A DNA stretch of 64,000 bases from an uncultured Sulfitobacter sp. (GTDB lineage: Bacteria > Pseudomonadota > Alphaproteobacteria > Rhodobacterales > Rhodobacteraceae), in contig CAJJCJ010000014.1 in the NCBI GenBank assembly GCA_905182645.1, forward strand, positions 23,564-87,563, read 5' to 3'. The position numbers and the translations under genes are program-made. Numbering within the stretch: the first letter of the stretch is position 1; every line of letters starts with the position of its first letter. Below the pieces are notes generated by a model. That model searched no databases. It had not been told where the DNA came from and was given only the letters and a program-made list of their open reading frames with translations. Shown here piece by piece: positions 51,211-62,133 of this stretch.

Positions 51211-52359
51211 ATGAGCATCACAGCAAACTGGTCCTACCCAACCTCAATCCGTTTTGGCGCTGGTCGTATTTCTGAAATCGCAGAGGCATGCGCGAGTGCT
51301 GGGATCAAAAAGCCGTTGCTTGTGACGGACCGTGGCTTGGCCAGCATGGACATCACAACCAAGACGCTTGATCTGCTTGAGGTTGCGGGTCTTGGCCGTG
51401 CGATATTCGCAGATGTTGACCCTAACCCGAACGAAAAGAACGCGGCTGCGGGTGTAAAAGCCTTTAAGGATGGCGGGCACGACGGCGTTGTAGCCTTTGG
51501 TGGCGGCTCCGGCCTCGACCTTGGCAAGTTGGTTGCATTTTTGGCAGGTCAAACGCGCCCACTTTGGGATTTTGAAGACATCGGCGATTGGTGGACCCGT
51601 GCAGACGCAGATGCGATTGCCCCGATTGTTGCTGTACCAACAACTGCAGGCACAGGGTCCGAAGTGGGCCGTGCATCGGTCATCACCAACTCGGTTACAG
51701 AAGAGAAAAAGATCATCTTCCACCCGAAATTCCTGCCAGCGGTTGTGATCTGCGATCCCAAACTCACAGTTGGTATGCCAAACTTCATCACCGCAGGCAC
51801 TGGCCTTGATGCCTTTGCGCACTGCATCGAAGCATTCTGTTCACCGCATTATCACCCGATGTCACAGGGCATGGCGCTTGAAGGCATGCGTTTGGTCAAA
51901 GAGTACCTTCCCCGTGCGTATGCTGACGGCACCGATATCGAAGCGCGCGCGCATATGATGTCAGCCGCAATCATGGGTGCAACGGCATTCCAAAAAGGCT
52001 TGGGTGCAATCCATGCTTTGTCACACCCGATTGGCGCGATGTATCACACGCACCACGGCACGACGAACGCGGTCTGCATGCCCACGGTGTTGCAGTTTAA
52101 TAGGCCCGCGATTGAAGGCGTTATTGAACAGGCCGCCAAATATTTGGACATTTCTGGTGGGTTCGACGGGTTCTGCGCCTATGTTGATGAGTTGAATGCA
52201 TCCCTTGGTATCCCCAAGACCCTGACCGCGTTAGGGATCGACGCGCCTGACGTTGAGCGGATCGTTGCAGGCGCGTTGACTGACCCAAGCACCGGCGGAA
52301 ACCCGATCAAGATGACAAAAGAGAACACAACAAAACTTTTACTTGAAATCATCGGGTAA
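51211..52359 (+). CDS. Iron-containing alcohol dehydrogenase
   Basis: GGGSGLD, PTTAGTGSEV, DAFAHCIE, HALSH, HHG. Confidence 0.93.
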   Translation: MSITANWSYPTSIRFGAGRISEIAEACASAGIKKPLLVTDRGLASMDITTKTLDLLEVAGLGRAIFADVDPNPNEKNAAAGVKAFKDGGHDGVVAFGGGSGLDLGKLVAFLAGQTRPLWDFEDIGDWWTRADADAIAPIVAVPTTAGTGSEVGRASVITNSVTEEKKIIFHPKFLPAVVICDPKLTVGMPNFITAGTGLDAFAHCIEAFCSPHYHPMSQGMALEGMRLVKEYLPRAYADGTDIEARAHMMSAAIMGATAFQKGLGAIHALSHPIGAMYHTHHGTTNAVCMPTVLQFNRPAIEGVIEQAAKYLDISGGFDGFCAYVDELNASLGIPKTLTALGIDAPDVERIVAGALTDPSTGGNPIKMTKENTTKLLLEIIG

Positions 52360-52573
52360 GCCTCTGATCAGACGATCGCCATTGTTGGAAGAACCCGTTG
52401 TCAGATGGCTTTGGTAATTTCACGCGCAAACATGTTGCTTGGGTTGTCGTGCCTCTTCATCATACCATGGATAGAACTATGCCCAGCGTGAAATTCTCAA
52501 CAATCGCTATGATACCGTCATCATCCCAGAAAGTCCGCATGACACTGAAAACCTATGTGCAAGAGCGTGAAAT

Positions 52574-53827
52574 ATGACCAACTCCGGCAATGACTTTGAT
52601 CTCGTCGTCATAGGTGCTGGCATTGTCGGAATGTCGACCGCGCTTTGGGCACAAAAAGAAGGGCTGAAAACTCTGATCTGTGATCCGAACCCACCGGGGT
52701 CCGGCACAACGTTTGGGTCGGCGTGTACAATTGCCACATACGCCTGCATCCCTGTGAACAGCCCATCAATTTTTGGCTCACTGCCGCACTTGTTGACGAG
52801 CCGTGAAAGCCCGCTCAGTTTTAACATCTTGCATGGGCTTAGAAACCCGCGTTGGATGCTGTCGTTTCTGAATAATTGCCGTGCTTCCCGCGTTGAAAGT
52901 ATCAGCGAAGCGCTCGGTCGATTTCTAATGCATGCGGACGCCGGACTTGATCCCCTCATAGCGGAGGCAAAGGCAGAAGATCTAATCGTCAGTAATGACT
53001 GCCTATACGTGTGGTCAAGCCAATCCGGCTTCGATAACGCAATAGAAGGCAATGCGATGCGGCGGGCTCAGGGGGTCAATTTTGATGAGTTGTCGCCTGA
53101 TCAAGTGCGCCACCTTGAGCCCAACCTAAGACAACCCATCCACCGCGGACTACATTTCAAAGGCGCTCGTCACGTAACCGATCCGCAAGAACTCGTTCAT
53201 CGGATGCAAACCCGTTTCGAAACACTTGGTGGGCGTTACTGCGATCATAGCGTCGAGCAAGTCCAACCTGACGACCAGGGGGTCACTGTCTATCTTGATG
53301 ATGGCACGGAAATTCGAGCGGACCGAATGGCACTCACTGCAGGTGCCCGTTCGCGCCATATCAAGGGTACCGGAGCTGAAAAATTGCCGTTAGGCACTGA
53401 GCGCGGCTACCATATCCTCTACCGTAACTCCGAAAACCTCGTTTCGCGGCCCGTTGGTTGGGCCGAAGCAGGGTTCTATGCAACTCCCATGGCACAGGGT
53501 TTGCGCGTTGCAGGCACAGTCGAAATCAATGCAATCGATGCCGCTCCGAATGGGAAATGTACCGCTTACCTCAAGCGAAAGTCGCACGAAATGTTTGGTA
53601 AGCTTGGCGAGCCTGATGAGACTTGGATGGGTCATCGCCCGACTATGCCTGATTCACTTCCTGTCATCGGATACTCGCCGAAGTCTGACCGTGTCGTCTT
53701 CGCATTTGGACACCAGCACATTGGTCTGACCCTAGGCGGGATTACTGGAAAAATTGTGACCAACCTGGCGCAAGGGAAACCTGCCCAACTTGATGTTTCT
53801 GACTTCGCACCACAACGGTTTTTTTAA
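52574..53827 (+). CDS. FAD-dependent oxidoreductase, D-amino acid dehydrogenase (DadA/DAO) family
   Basis: VIGAGIVG, ERGYH, RVAGTVE, WMGHRPTMPDSLPVIG, AFGHQHIGLT. Confidence 0.88.
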   Translation: MTNSGNDFDLVVIGAGIVGMSTALWAQKEGLKTLICDPNPPGSGTTFGSACTIATYACIPVNSPSIFGSLPHLLTSRESPLSFNILHGLRNPRWMLSFLNNCRASRVESISEALGRFLMHADAGLDPLIAEAKAEDLIVSNDCLYVWSSQSGFDNAIEGNAMRRAQGVNFDELSPDQVRHLEPNLRQPIHRGLHFKGARHVTDPQELVHRMQTRFETLGGRYCDHSVEQVQPDDQGVTVYLDDGTEIRADRMALTAGARSRHIKGTGAEKLPLGTERGYHILYRNSENLVSRPVGWAEAGFYATPMAQGLRVAGTVEINAIDAAPNGKCTAYLKRKSHEMFGKLGEPDETWMGHRPTMPDSLPVIGYSPKSDRVVFAFGHQHIGLTLGGITGKIVTNLAQGKPAQLDVSDFAPQRFF

Positions 53828-54031
53828 TGACCAAGAGGCCGTAATTGGAGCGCTCTTGAACTCTTCGCCCTCAAGCGAACTCTAGCACAAGTCCGCTTCG
53901 TCCGCCCTCTGTTAATTCGTAAAAGATGCAGCGAAGGGTCGGTCTGAAATCCACTGACGTCGGTGTCATTGATTGGCCACTTCCGCGACTTGGGCAGCAT
54001 CGCAGCATGAAATATGCTGCAGTCGCGAGGA

Positions 54032-54066
54032 AATGCATGTGTTGCGTCGATCAGTTGAGACCGCCA
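54032..54066 (+). mobile_element. IS30-like right-end remnant
   Basis: Encodes NACVASIS-stop followed by GACCGCC, resembling the C-terminus and terminal repeat of IS30-family elements. No transposase body is present. Confidence 0.4.
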
Positions 54067-54431
54067 CGCACAGCGGACATTACCTTGCGGCCCCGCCAAA
54101 ATTAACCCGCTCGACACATTCCCCACCGCCCTTTGCCTTAACCTGTCAAAATCCGACAAAACGGCATATGCGAAACTTATGCGGATCATATGCAAAACAT
54201 ACCGCAGATTTCCCAAGCTGGGTTGGCGTTAACCCTTGGATTCGGCACCGCGACCCAGTCCGCACAAATTGGCGTTGCGCCACAACGCTTCCCAAATGGG
54301 CAAATCTGCTGTATGGCCCAAAAATCTTGAAACGATTGGCGCCCGCATTCCAGCGCCCGCGTGAGATACCGGAATGAGGGGGAATACGCCCCCTACGCAA
54401 AATAAGGGCTGCGGCCCAAAGGAAAACATAC

Positions 54432-56561
54432 ATGTTTAACCACGTGAAAAAATCAATGCAGTGGGGCGAAGAGACGCTTTCGCTCGAATCCGGCAAAGTC
54501 GCCCGTCAAGCAGACGGTTCCGTGATTGCCACGCTGGGTGAAACCAGCGTTATGGCGAACGTGACATTTGCACGCAAGCAAAAGCCTGGACAGGATTTCT
54601 TCCCCCTGACAGTCCACTACCAAGAAAAGTATTACGCCGCCGGTAAAGTACCAGGTGGCTTTTTCAAGCGCGAAGCACGTCCTACTGAAAAAGAGACGCT
54701 GACATCCCGCCTGATCGACCGTCCAATTCGCCCGTTGTTCGTCCCTGGCTTTAAGAACGAAGTCCTTGTTATGTGTACTGTTTTGTCACACGACTTGGTC
54801 AACGATCCAGACATGGTCGCGATGATTGCGGCCTCCGCTGCGCTGACAATTTCCGGCGCACCGTTCCGCGGCCCAATCGCTGCTTGTCGCGTTGGTTTCG
54901 TTGAGGGTGAATACATCCTGAACCCAGAAATCGACGACATGCACAACCTGCGCCTCCAGCCAGAGCAGCGTCTTGACCTTGTCGTCGCCGGCACAAAAGA
55001 CGCCGTCATGATGGTTGAATCCGAAGCATACGAGCTTTCTGAAGAAGAAATGCTTGGTGCGGTTAAGTTTGCACATGACAGCATCCAGCCAGTCATCGAC
55101 CTGATCATTGATCTTGCCGAAGATTGCGCAAAAGAGCCATTTGACTTCCAGCCAGAGGATTACTCTGATCTGTCCGCTGCTGTGAAAACAGCTGGCGAAG
55201 ACAAAATGCGCGCTGCTTATGCGATCACTGACAAGCAAGAACGTACTGGTGCAGTAAACGCAGCCAAGGACGCAATCGTTGCGTCATTGACTGAAGACCA
55301 GCAAGCAGACAAAAACCTTGGCCCAGCACTTAAGGGTCTTGAGTCCGCAGTTCTTCGTGGCGACGTTGTGAAAAACGGCAAGCGTATCGATGGCCGCGCA
55401 TTGGACACTATCCGTCCAATCGTTTCCGAGACAGGCATCCTGCCACGTACACACGGGTCTGCACTGTTCACACGCGGTGAAACGCAGGGGCTTGTTGTTA
55501 CCACACTCGGCACCGGCGACGACGAGCAGATGATCGACGCGCTGACTGGTATGTATAAGTCTAACTTCATGCTGCACTATAACTTCCCACCATACTCTGT
55601 TGGTGAAGTTGGTCGTGTATCTGGCCCAGGTCGTCGTGAAATCGGCCACGGTAAATTGGCATGGCGTGCGCTTCAGGCTGTATTGCCTGCAGCAACAGAC
55701 TTCCCATACACAATCCGCTTGGTATCAGAAATCACTGAATCTAACGGCTCGTCTTCAATGGCCTCCGTATGTGGTGGTTCCTTGTCGATGATGGACGCGG
55801 GCGTTCCGCTTAAATCAGCAGTTGCTGGTGTGGCGATGGGTCTCGTGATGGAAGACGACGGCGAATACGCCATTCTGTCCGACATCTTGGGTGACGAAGA
55901 TCACCTTGGCGACATGGACTTTAAGGTTGCTGGTACTGCTGCCGGGATCACATCCTTGCAGATGGACATTAAGATCGCGGGTATTACCCAAGAGATTATG
56001 GCCAAGGCGCTTGACCAAGCCAAAGCTGGCCGTCTGCACATCCTTGAAGAAATGGGCAAAGCACTGACTGGTGCCAACGATCTGGGCGTGCACGCACCAA
56101 AGATCGAAACCATGCAGATCCCAACTGACAAGATCCGTGAAGTTATCGGTTCTGGTGGTAAAGTGATCCGTGAAATCGTTGAAGTGTCCGGCGCAAAAGT
56201 CGACATCAACGACGAAGGCATCATCAAGCTGGCATCTAACGACGCCGCCGCCATTAAGATCGCATACGACATGATCTATTCCATCGTAGCCGAGCCAGAA
56301 GAAGGCAAAGTCTACAAGGGTAAAGTTGTGAAGCTGGTTGATTTCGGCGCGTTCGTGAACTTCTTTGGTAAGCGCGATGGCTTGGTCCACGTGTCCCAGA
56401 TTGAGAACAAGCGTCTGAACCACCCATCTGACGTTCTGAAAGAAGGTCAGGAAGTTTGGGTTAAACTGCTTGGCTTTGATGACCGTGGCAAGGTTCGCCT
56501 GTCCATGAAAGTCGTCGATCAGGAAACTGGTCTTGAAGCAAAAGAAGAAGCTGCAGAGTAA
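54432..56561 (+). CDS. pnp: Polyribonucleotide nucleotidyltransferase (PNPase)
   Basis: [47 protein letters not shown] and S1 domains. Confidence 0.98.
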   Translation: MFNHVKKSMQWGEETLSLESGKVARQADGSVIATLGETSVMANVTFARKQKPGQDFFPLTVHYQEKYYAAGKVPGGFFKREARPTEKETLTSRLIDRPIRPLFVPGFKNEVLVMCTVLSHDLVNDPDMVAMIAASAALTISGAPFRGPIAACRVGFVEGEYILNPEIDDMHNLRLQPEQRLDLVVAGTKDAVMMVESEAYELSEEEMLGAVKFAHDSIQPVIDLIIDLAEDCAKEPFDFQPEDYSDLSAAVKTAGEDKMRAAYAITDKQERTGAVNAAKDAIVASLTEDQQADKNLGPALKGLESAVLRGDVVKNGKRIDGRALDTIRPIVSETGILPRTHGSALFTRGETQGLVVTTLGTGDDEQMIDALTGMYKSNFMLHYNFPPYSVGEVGRVSGPGRREIGHGKLAWRALQAVLPAATDFPYTIRLVSEITESNGSSSMASVCGGSLSMMDAGVPLKSAVAGVAMGLVMEDDGEYAILSDILGDEDHLGDMDFKVAGTAAGITSLQMDIKIAGITQEIMAKALDQAKAGRLHILEEMGKALTGANDLGVHAPKIETMQIPTDKIREVIGSGGKVIREIVEVSGAKVDINDEGIIKLASNDAAAIKIAYDMIYSIVAEPEEGKVYKGKVVKLVDFGAFVNFFGKRDGLVHVSQIENKRLNHPSDVLKEGQEVWVKLLGFDDRGKVRLSMKVVDQETGLEAKEEAAE

Positions 56562-56584
56562 TCTGCGCCACTTCTGAATTTTAG

Positions 56585-56616
56585 AAAGGCCCCAGTGGAA
56601 ACGCTGGGGCCTTTTT
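56585..56616 (+). terminator. Rho-independent terminator of pnp
   Basis: AAAGGCCCCAGT-ggaaac-GCTGGGGCCTTTTT. Confidence 0.88.
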
Positions 56617-56761
56617 GTTTTGACTTAATTCAATTTCATTTGAGGTAATGCAATAATTCATCAACGATTTTTATTTACCACAAGCTCTCTAAGCACAAAC
56701 CGGAATTTCTGTTGTTAACATTTCAATGATTTTGTTCAACGGAACTTTTAGAGGTAAGAGC

Positions 56762-57310
56762 ATGATCAATCGACGTACATTCGTGGCATCGGCCACAGCA
56801 AGCCTTTTGGCTACGCCTGCGCTGACAAGCACCCGTTTGCCGCGCAAATTCCGCCCGCAAGAGGTGGATGTAAATCCTGAACTGCCCGCCGGTCAAATCC
56901 ATGTGATCAAGGAAAATTTTTATCTGTATTGGACATTGGGTGATGGGCGCGCACGTCGATATGGCATCGCCCTTGGCGCCCAAGGCCGCAACTACACCGG
57001 TGTTCTCACGATCCGTCGCAAGGCTGAATGGCCAAGCTGGACTCCGACGCAGAACATGATCAGACTTGAGCCTGAACTTTACGGTCCCTACCGCGCAGGT
57101 CTGCCTGGCGGGCATCCGCGCAATCCAATGGGCGCGCGAGCGTTATATTTGTATGATGGCGGGCGCGATACTTATTACCGTATTCACGGCACGCCTGATC
57201 CAGACTCCATCGGCCAAAGCTATTCTTCCAGCTGTGTGCGCCTGACGAACGATCACGTCGCCGAGCTTTACGATATGTTTCCTGTGAATACGCAGGTCTT
57301 TATCTTTTAA
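56762..57310 (+). CDS. L,D-transpeptidase (ErfK/YkuD family)
   Basis: NRRTF Tat signal, KAEWPSWTP, NPMGARALYL, RIHGT...SSSCVRL. Confidence 0.92.
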   Translation: MINRRTFVASATASLLATPALTSTRLPRKFRPQEVDVNPELPAGQIHVIKENFYLYWTLGDGRARRYGIALGAQGRNYTGVLTIRRKAEWPSWTPTQNMIRLEPELYGPYRAGLPGGHPRNPMGARALYLYDGGRDTYYRIHGTPDPDSIGQSYSSSCVRLTNDHVAELYDMFPVNTQVFIF

Positions 57311-57315
57311 AACGC

Positions 57316-57345
57316 AAAAGGCCCCACGCGCTGCAGGGGCCTTTT
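57316..57345. terminator. Bidirectional terminator
   Basis: AAAAGGCCCC...GGGGCCTTTT between convergent genes. Confidence 0.75.
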
Positions 57346-57366
57346 GGTACCGTAAGGCGCTTAGCT

Positions 57367-58014
57367 CTAGAGCTTTGTCATGCGCAAGTATGGCAGCACT
57401 TCGTCGAAATCACCGAACTTTTCTTTCGCTGCTTCTGCGTTGAAAGATGTCGGGATCACAACGTCGTCGCCTACGTTCCAGTTTGCGGGTGTCGCAACCG
57501 TGTGCTTTGCTGCGGTTTGCAAACCGTCGAGCGCCCGCAAGACTTCGGCAAAGTTCCGGCCCACGTTCATCGGGTAGGTCATCGACAGTTTCAGCTTTTT
57601 GTCTGGTCCCACGATAAACACGGCCCGCACAGTTTGCGAATCCGCAGGGGTGCGCCCTTCGGGCATATAGGCCTCGGCTGGCAGCATATCGAATGCTTTA
57701 GCCACGGTCAGGTCATTGTCCGCGATGATCGGGAACCCTACTTTGGCGCCGCCCACCAACTCAATATCAGTTTTCCATTTCTTGTGCTCTTCAACACTGT
57801 CAACGGAAATGCCCATCACCTTGGTGCCGCGCTTCTCCCATTCGTCGGCTAGTTGGGCCACGGCCCCAAACTCAGTTGTGCAAACAGGTGTGAAATCTTT
57901 GGGGTGGGAAAAAAGAATCGCCCAGCTGTCGCCAATCCAATCATGCAAGGACAATGTCCCTTGATCGGTTTCTACGGTCAAATTGGGGATTGTGTCGTTA
58001 ATGCGCAAACCCAT
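57367..58014 (-). CDS. 1-Cys peroxiredoxin (Prx6 family)
   Basis: FSHPKDFTPVCTTE, YPMNVGRNF. Confidence 0.93.
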   Translation of the reverse strand: MGLRINDTIPNLTVETDQGTLSLHDWIGDSWAILFSHPKDFTPVCTTEFGAVAQLADEWEKRGTKVMGISVDSVEEHKKWKTDIELVGGAKVGFPIIADNDLTVAKAFDMLPAEAYMPEGRTPADSQTVRAVFIVGPDKKLKLSMTYPMNVGRNFAEVLRALDGLQTAAKHTVATPANWNVGDDVVIPTSFNAEAAKEKFGDFDEVLPYLRMTKL

Positions 58015-58142
58015 GACGGTGCTCCTTTAAATGTGTTCGTTAATATAGATATAGTGACCCATAAATGGCCACACCAGCCCGCTTGTAGCTAAAGCTGTAC
58101 AGTGCCAGATTGCGTCAAACACATTCTAGCCGGAGCATACTC

Positions 58143-59579
58143 ATGATCAAGAAAAAACAGTTTTACATCGATGGCGCGTGGGTGTCCCCTGCCGTTGCCC
58201 GCGATTATCCGGTTATTGACCCTGCGACCGAAGAACAGGTTGCTGTGATTTCGCTTGGTGGGCAAGCCGATACCGATGCCGCTGTGGCAGCTGCCAGTGC
58301 TGCGTTCCCTGCGTGGTCGACCCTTTCAGTGGCCGCGCGCATTCAACACGTCGCGAATGTTATGGCGGTATATGAAGCTCGCGCTGACGAGATGGGCGAA
58401 GCGATCCGCATGGAAATGGGCGCACCATATGATTTTGCGCACGGTGAGCAGTCCCCCTGCATGCCTTGGGCATTGGAAGACGCGGTTGCTGCTGCTGACA
58501 AAATTCACTGGGACGCCCCGTTGGGTGACGGCACGCCAGGTGCCCATATTTTGCACGAACCAATTGGTGTTGTCGGGTTGATCACCCCGTGGAACTGGCC
58601 AATTAGTCAGATCGCGTTGAAGGTATTTCCCGCGATGATCGCGGGCTGCACGATGGTTTTGAAACCGTCAGAAGAGGCCCCGCTGTCAGGCATTCTATTC
58701 GCAGACATGTTGCGCGAGGCCGGCGTCCCTGCGGGCGTGTTCAACATGGTCAACGGCGACGGCCCCGGCGTGGGTCAGCAACTGTCGACACATGAAGACG
58801 TCGCGATGATCAGCTTTACCGGATCAACCCGCGCAGGTCGTTTGATTACAAAAGCTGCGGCAGATACTCTTAAACGCGTTCAACTCGAGCTTGGCGGCAA
58901 GGGTGCAAATGTTGTTTTCGCTGACGCCGATGACGGTGCCGTTGAATGGAGCGTGCGCGACTGCATGAGCAACTCTGGTCAATCGTGCAACGCGCCCACG
59001 CGCATGTTGGTCGAAGCATCCCACTATGATGCCGCTGTGCTTGAGGCGACCGAGATCGCGGCCAGCATTAAAGTCGGTCCAACGACCGAGGCTGGCGATC
59101 ATATGGGCCCCGTCGTCAACAGAACCCAATGGGATAAAATCCAGGGCATGATCCAAGTCGGCATTGATGAAGGCGCCCGCCTGACCATTGGCGGCACGGG
59201 CCTGCCTGAAAACGTAAACCGCGGGTTTTATGTCCGCCCGACGATCTTTGCTGATGTGACCAATGATATGCGCGTCGCTCAAGAGGAAATCTTTGGCCCT
59301 GTGCTGGTGATTATTCCGTTTAAAGACGAGGCCGATGCGATACGCATCGCCAATGACACGCCTTACGGGTTGACCAACTATGTGCAGTCCACTGATGGGG
59401 CTAAACGTAACCGGATGGCCCGCGCACTGAAGGCTGGTATGATCGAAATGAACCGTCAGTCGCGTGGCAATGGTGCCCCGTTTGGCGGCGTTAAACTGTC
59501 TGGGCGTGCGCGTGAAGGCGGCGTTTGGGGGATCAAGGAATACCTCGAATCAAAGTCGATCTCTGGCTGGGAAGCCTAG
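58143..59579 (+). CDS. Aldehyde dehydrogenase
   Basis: ITPWNWP, KPSE, FTGSTRAG, LELGGK, NSGQSCNAP, EEIFGP. Confidence 0.93.
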   Translation: MIKKKQFYIDGAWVSPAVARDYPVIDPATEEQVAVISLGGQADTDAAVAAASAAFPAWSTLSVAARIQHVANVMAVYEARADEMGEAIRMEMGAPYDFAHGEQSPCMPWALEDAVAAADKIHWDAPLGDGTPGAHILHEPIGVVGLITPWNWPISQIALKVFPAMIAGCTMVLKPSEEAPLSGILFADMLREAGVPAGVFNMVNGDGPGVGQQLSTHEDVAMISFTGSTRAGRLITKAAADTLKRVQLELGGKGANVVFADADDGAVEWSVRDCMSNSGQSCNAPTRMLVEASHYDAAVLEATEIAASIKVGPTTEAGDHMGPVVNRTQWDKIQGMIQVGIDEGARLTIGGTGLPENVNRGFYVRPTIFADVTNDMRVAQEEIFGPVLVIIPFKDEADAIRIANDTPYGLTNYVQSTDGAKRNRMARALKAGMIEMNRQSRGNGAPFGGVKLSGRAREGGVWGIKEYLESKSISGWEA

Positions 59580-59588
59580 ACACATGTG

Positions 59589-59617
59589 CAGGGGCGCACT
59601 GATTTCGTGCGCCCCTG
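59589..59617 (+). terminator. Hairpin after the aldehyde dehydrogenase gene
   Basis: CAGGGGCGCAC-tgatttc-GTGCGCCCCTG with a weak T tail. Confidence 0.5.
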
Positions 59618-59677
59618 ACCGTTTCACATGGATCTGCTTGGCGCTATGTAAGACGTAACTTAGCAAGGGGACCTCTT

Positions 59678-60604
59678 ATGCTCAAACAGATCAAAGGCCT
59701 GCACCACGTCACATCATTGGCTAGCAGCGCATCCGTCAACAATGCATTTTTCACCAATGTCCTTGGCCTGCGCCGTGTGAAAAAGACGGTGAATTTTGAT
59801 GCGCCTGACGTTTACCACCTTTATTACGGCGACGAGGTTGGCACCCCTGGCAGTGTGATGACCTATTTCCCATTCCAAAACGCCGCCCGTGGCAAACGCG
59901 GTGTTGGCGAGGTTGGGGTGACGTCTTTTTCCATACCATTTGGGTCTGCGACTGCTTGGGGCGAACGGCTTGCAACGTTTGAGGTCGAAAACGTGACCGC
60001 TGACGTCCGCTTTGGCCAGAACCGTATTTTGTTTGATGGCCCTGATGGTGATCGCTTTGCCCTTGTGGAAACCGACGATGACCGCACCCCTTGGACGGGG
60101 AATGGGATCGGCGCCGATATGGGCATTCGTGGATTTCAAGGCGCTGATATGCGGCTGGCTGATGGTGGGGCCACCGCCGAACTGTTAAAATTCATGGGAT
60201 ACGAAAAAACCGACCATGCAGATAATGTGACCCGTTTCACCGTATCGGGCGGAAATGCGGCCAATAGCATCGACGTTGAAACCTTGCCCGATGCGCCCCG
60301 CGCAACATCTAGCGCTGGATCGGTGCATCACATCGCCTTTGCCGTTGAAAACCGTGCCCGCCAGTTAGAAGTCCGTGAGGCGCTGCTGGATACCGGATAC
60401 CAAGTCACGCCTGTGATTGACCGCGACTATTTCCATGCGATTTATTTTCGCACACCGGGCGGCGTATTGTTCGAGGTGGCCACCAATGAGCCCGGATTTG
60501 ATCGCGATGAAGACACAGCACATCTGGGCGAGGCGTTGATGCTGCCCAGCCGCCATGAACATTTGCGCGCCACGCTTGAACGACAGCTCGAACAGTTGCC
60601 CTAA
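59678..60604 (+). CDS. Ring-cleaving dioxygenase (VOC/glyoxalase, MhqO-like)
   Basis: GLHHVT, KKTVNFDAPDVYHLYYG, VHHIAF, DRDYFHAIYFRTPGGVLFEVAT. Confidence 0.9.
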   Translation: MLKQIKGLHHVTSLASSASVNNAFFTNVLGLRRVKKTVNFDAPDVYHLYYGDEVGTPGSVMTYFPFQNAARGKRGVGEVGVTSFSIPFGSATAWGERLATFEVENVTADVRFGQNRILFDGPDGDRFALVETDDDRTPWTGNGIGADMGIRGFQGADMRLADGGATAELLKFMGYEKTDHADNVTRFTVSGGNAANSIDVETLPDAPRATSSAGSVHHIAFAVENRARQLEVREALLDTGYQVTPVIDRDYFHAIYFRTPGGVLFEVATNEPGFDRDEDTAHLGEALMLPSRHEHLRATLERQLEQLP

Positions 60605-61248
60605 AACGGTGCCTTTGCGGTGATGCGCGTGCCTTGCCCACCATCGGGATGGCGAAACTGGAACGTTTCAGAATGCAGCATAAGGCGCGGATAATCCCCC
60701 GCTGGCCCCTCTGCATAGAACGGATCGCCCAAGATCGGGTGGCCCAACGCCAGCATATGTAGACGCAATTGATGGGACCGTCCCGTTTTGGGCATCAGCC
60801 GGACACGGGTTTCGCCGTGACCTGTCCGCAGCACACGCCAATCGGTGATCGCCTGCCTACCTGTTTCATGGCAAATCTTTTGTTTGGGCCGGTTTTCCCA
60901 ATCGACGACGATGGGCAGATCAACAGTGCCTGTCTTTTCGGTCATCTCGCCCCATACACGGGCCAGATAGGTTTTCTTGGTCTGACGTTTCTCAAATTGC
61001 AGGCCCAAATGCCGCTGCGCGTGAGGTGTCAGTGCAAAGATCATCACGCCTGACGTATCGCGATCTAATCGGTGGACCAATAATGCCTGCGGATACACCG
61101 CCTGCACCCGTGCCAGCAGGCAATCGGTCAAAAGCGGGCCTTTGCCCGGCACAGACAGCAAACCGCTTGGCTTATTGACCAAAACGACCTGATGATCGTC
61201 GTGCAGAAATTCGAGCGGATCAGACGGTGGGTTATAGTCACTGCTCAT
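60601..61248 (-). CDS. RluA family pseudouridine synthase
   Basis: [33 protein letters not shown]. Confidence 0.92.
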   Translation of the reverse strand: MSSDYNPPSDPLEFLHDDHQVVLVNKPSGLLSVPGKGPLLTDCLLARVQAVYPQALLVHRLDRDTSGVMIFALTPHAQRHLGLQFEKRQTKKTYLARVWGEMTEKTGTVDLPIVVDWENRPKQKICHETGRQAITDWRVLRTGHGETRVRLMPKTGRSHQLRLHMLALGHPILGDPFYAEGPAGDYPRLMLHSETFQFRHPDGGQGTRITAKAPF

Positions 61249-61895
61249 AGACACGGTCGCCAAAAATGGCTGATCCAACGCGCACATGGGTCGCACCCAG
61301 CGCAATTGCGCTTTCAAAGTCACTACTCATACCCATTGATAATCCCACCAACCCGTTGCGGGCAGCGATTTTGGCGAGCAGCGCAAAATGCAGCGACGGT
61401 TCCTCGTCTGCAGGTGGGATGCACATCAGAGCCACGCACCGGCAGGTCCATGTCTTGGGCGGTCTTAATGAACGCATCTGCGTCTGCTGGCAGGCATCCG
61501 GCCTTTTGCGGCTCCATCCCCGTATTCACTTGTATATAGAGTGCGGGGCATTGCCCCATCTCTTGCGCCAAGCGCGCGATGGTCGTGGCGAGCTTAGGGC
61601 GGTCCAAGGTGTGGATGGATTGCGCCAGTTCCATGGCTTGGCGGGCCTTGTTGGTTTGCAGCGGCCCGATGAGGTGCAAATCGATCCCGTCATAGGTCTC
61701 GCGAAAGGCTGGCCACTTTCCAGCAGCCTCTTGAACCTTGTTTTCACCGAACACGCGGTGCCCTTGGTCGAGAATCGCTGCGACACGGTCATTGGGTTGC
61801 ACCTTGGATACAGCGACAAGGGTCACATCATCTATTTTACGCCCTGCCTTTTCACAGGCCTTGTTCAATGCGGCGCGAATTGTCTCAAGTGACAT
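61238..61895 (-). CDS. YggS/PLPBP pyridoxal phosphate homeostasis protein with one frameshift near 61430
   Basis: [14 protein letters not shown] and [10 protein letters not shown] are in one frame; LMCIPP, LSMGMS and [10 protein letters not shown] are in another. Removing one base restores RGLMCIPP. Confidence 0.85.
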
Positions 61896-62133
61896 TATAG
61901 GGTCCAGTATTTGCTATGGCTTTTATTTTGACCCACGAAATAATGGGTTATGCGGCAATTGTCATCTGCAATCTGGCCAAATCAGTGTGTGACCTTGATG
62001 CATCATTTATGCGGAACAGGGCATTTCATCAGGCATTTGTCTTGAGTGTGCAGCCTGATGGGCGCACTTAGATACCCAATGCTAGTCAATCTGGCATTCT
62101 TGGGAATGCACAACTAAACGAGGGTTTTAAACC

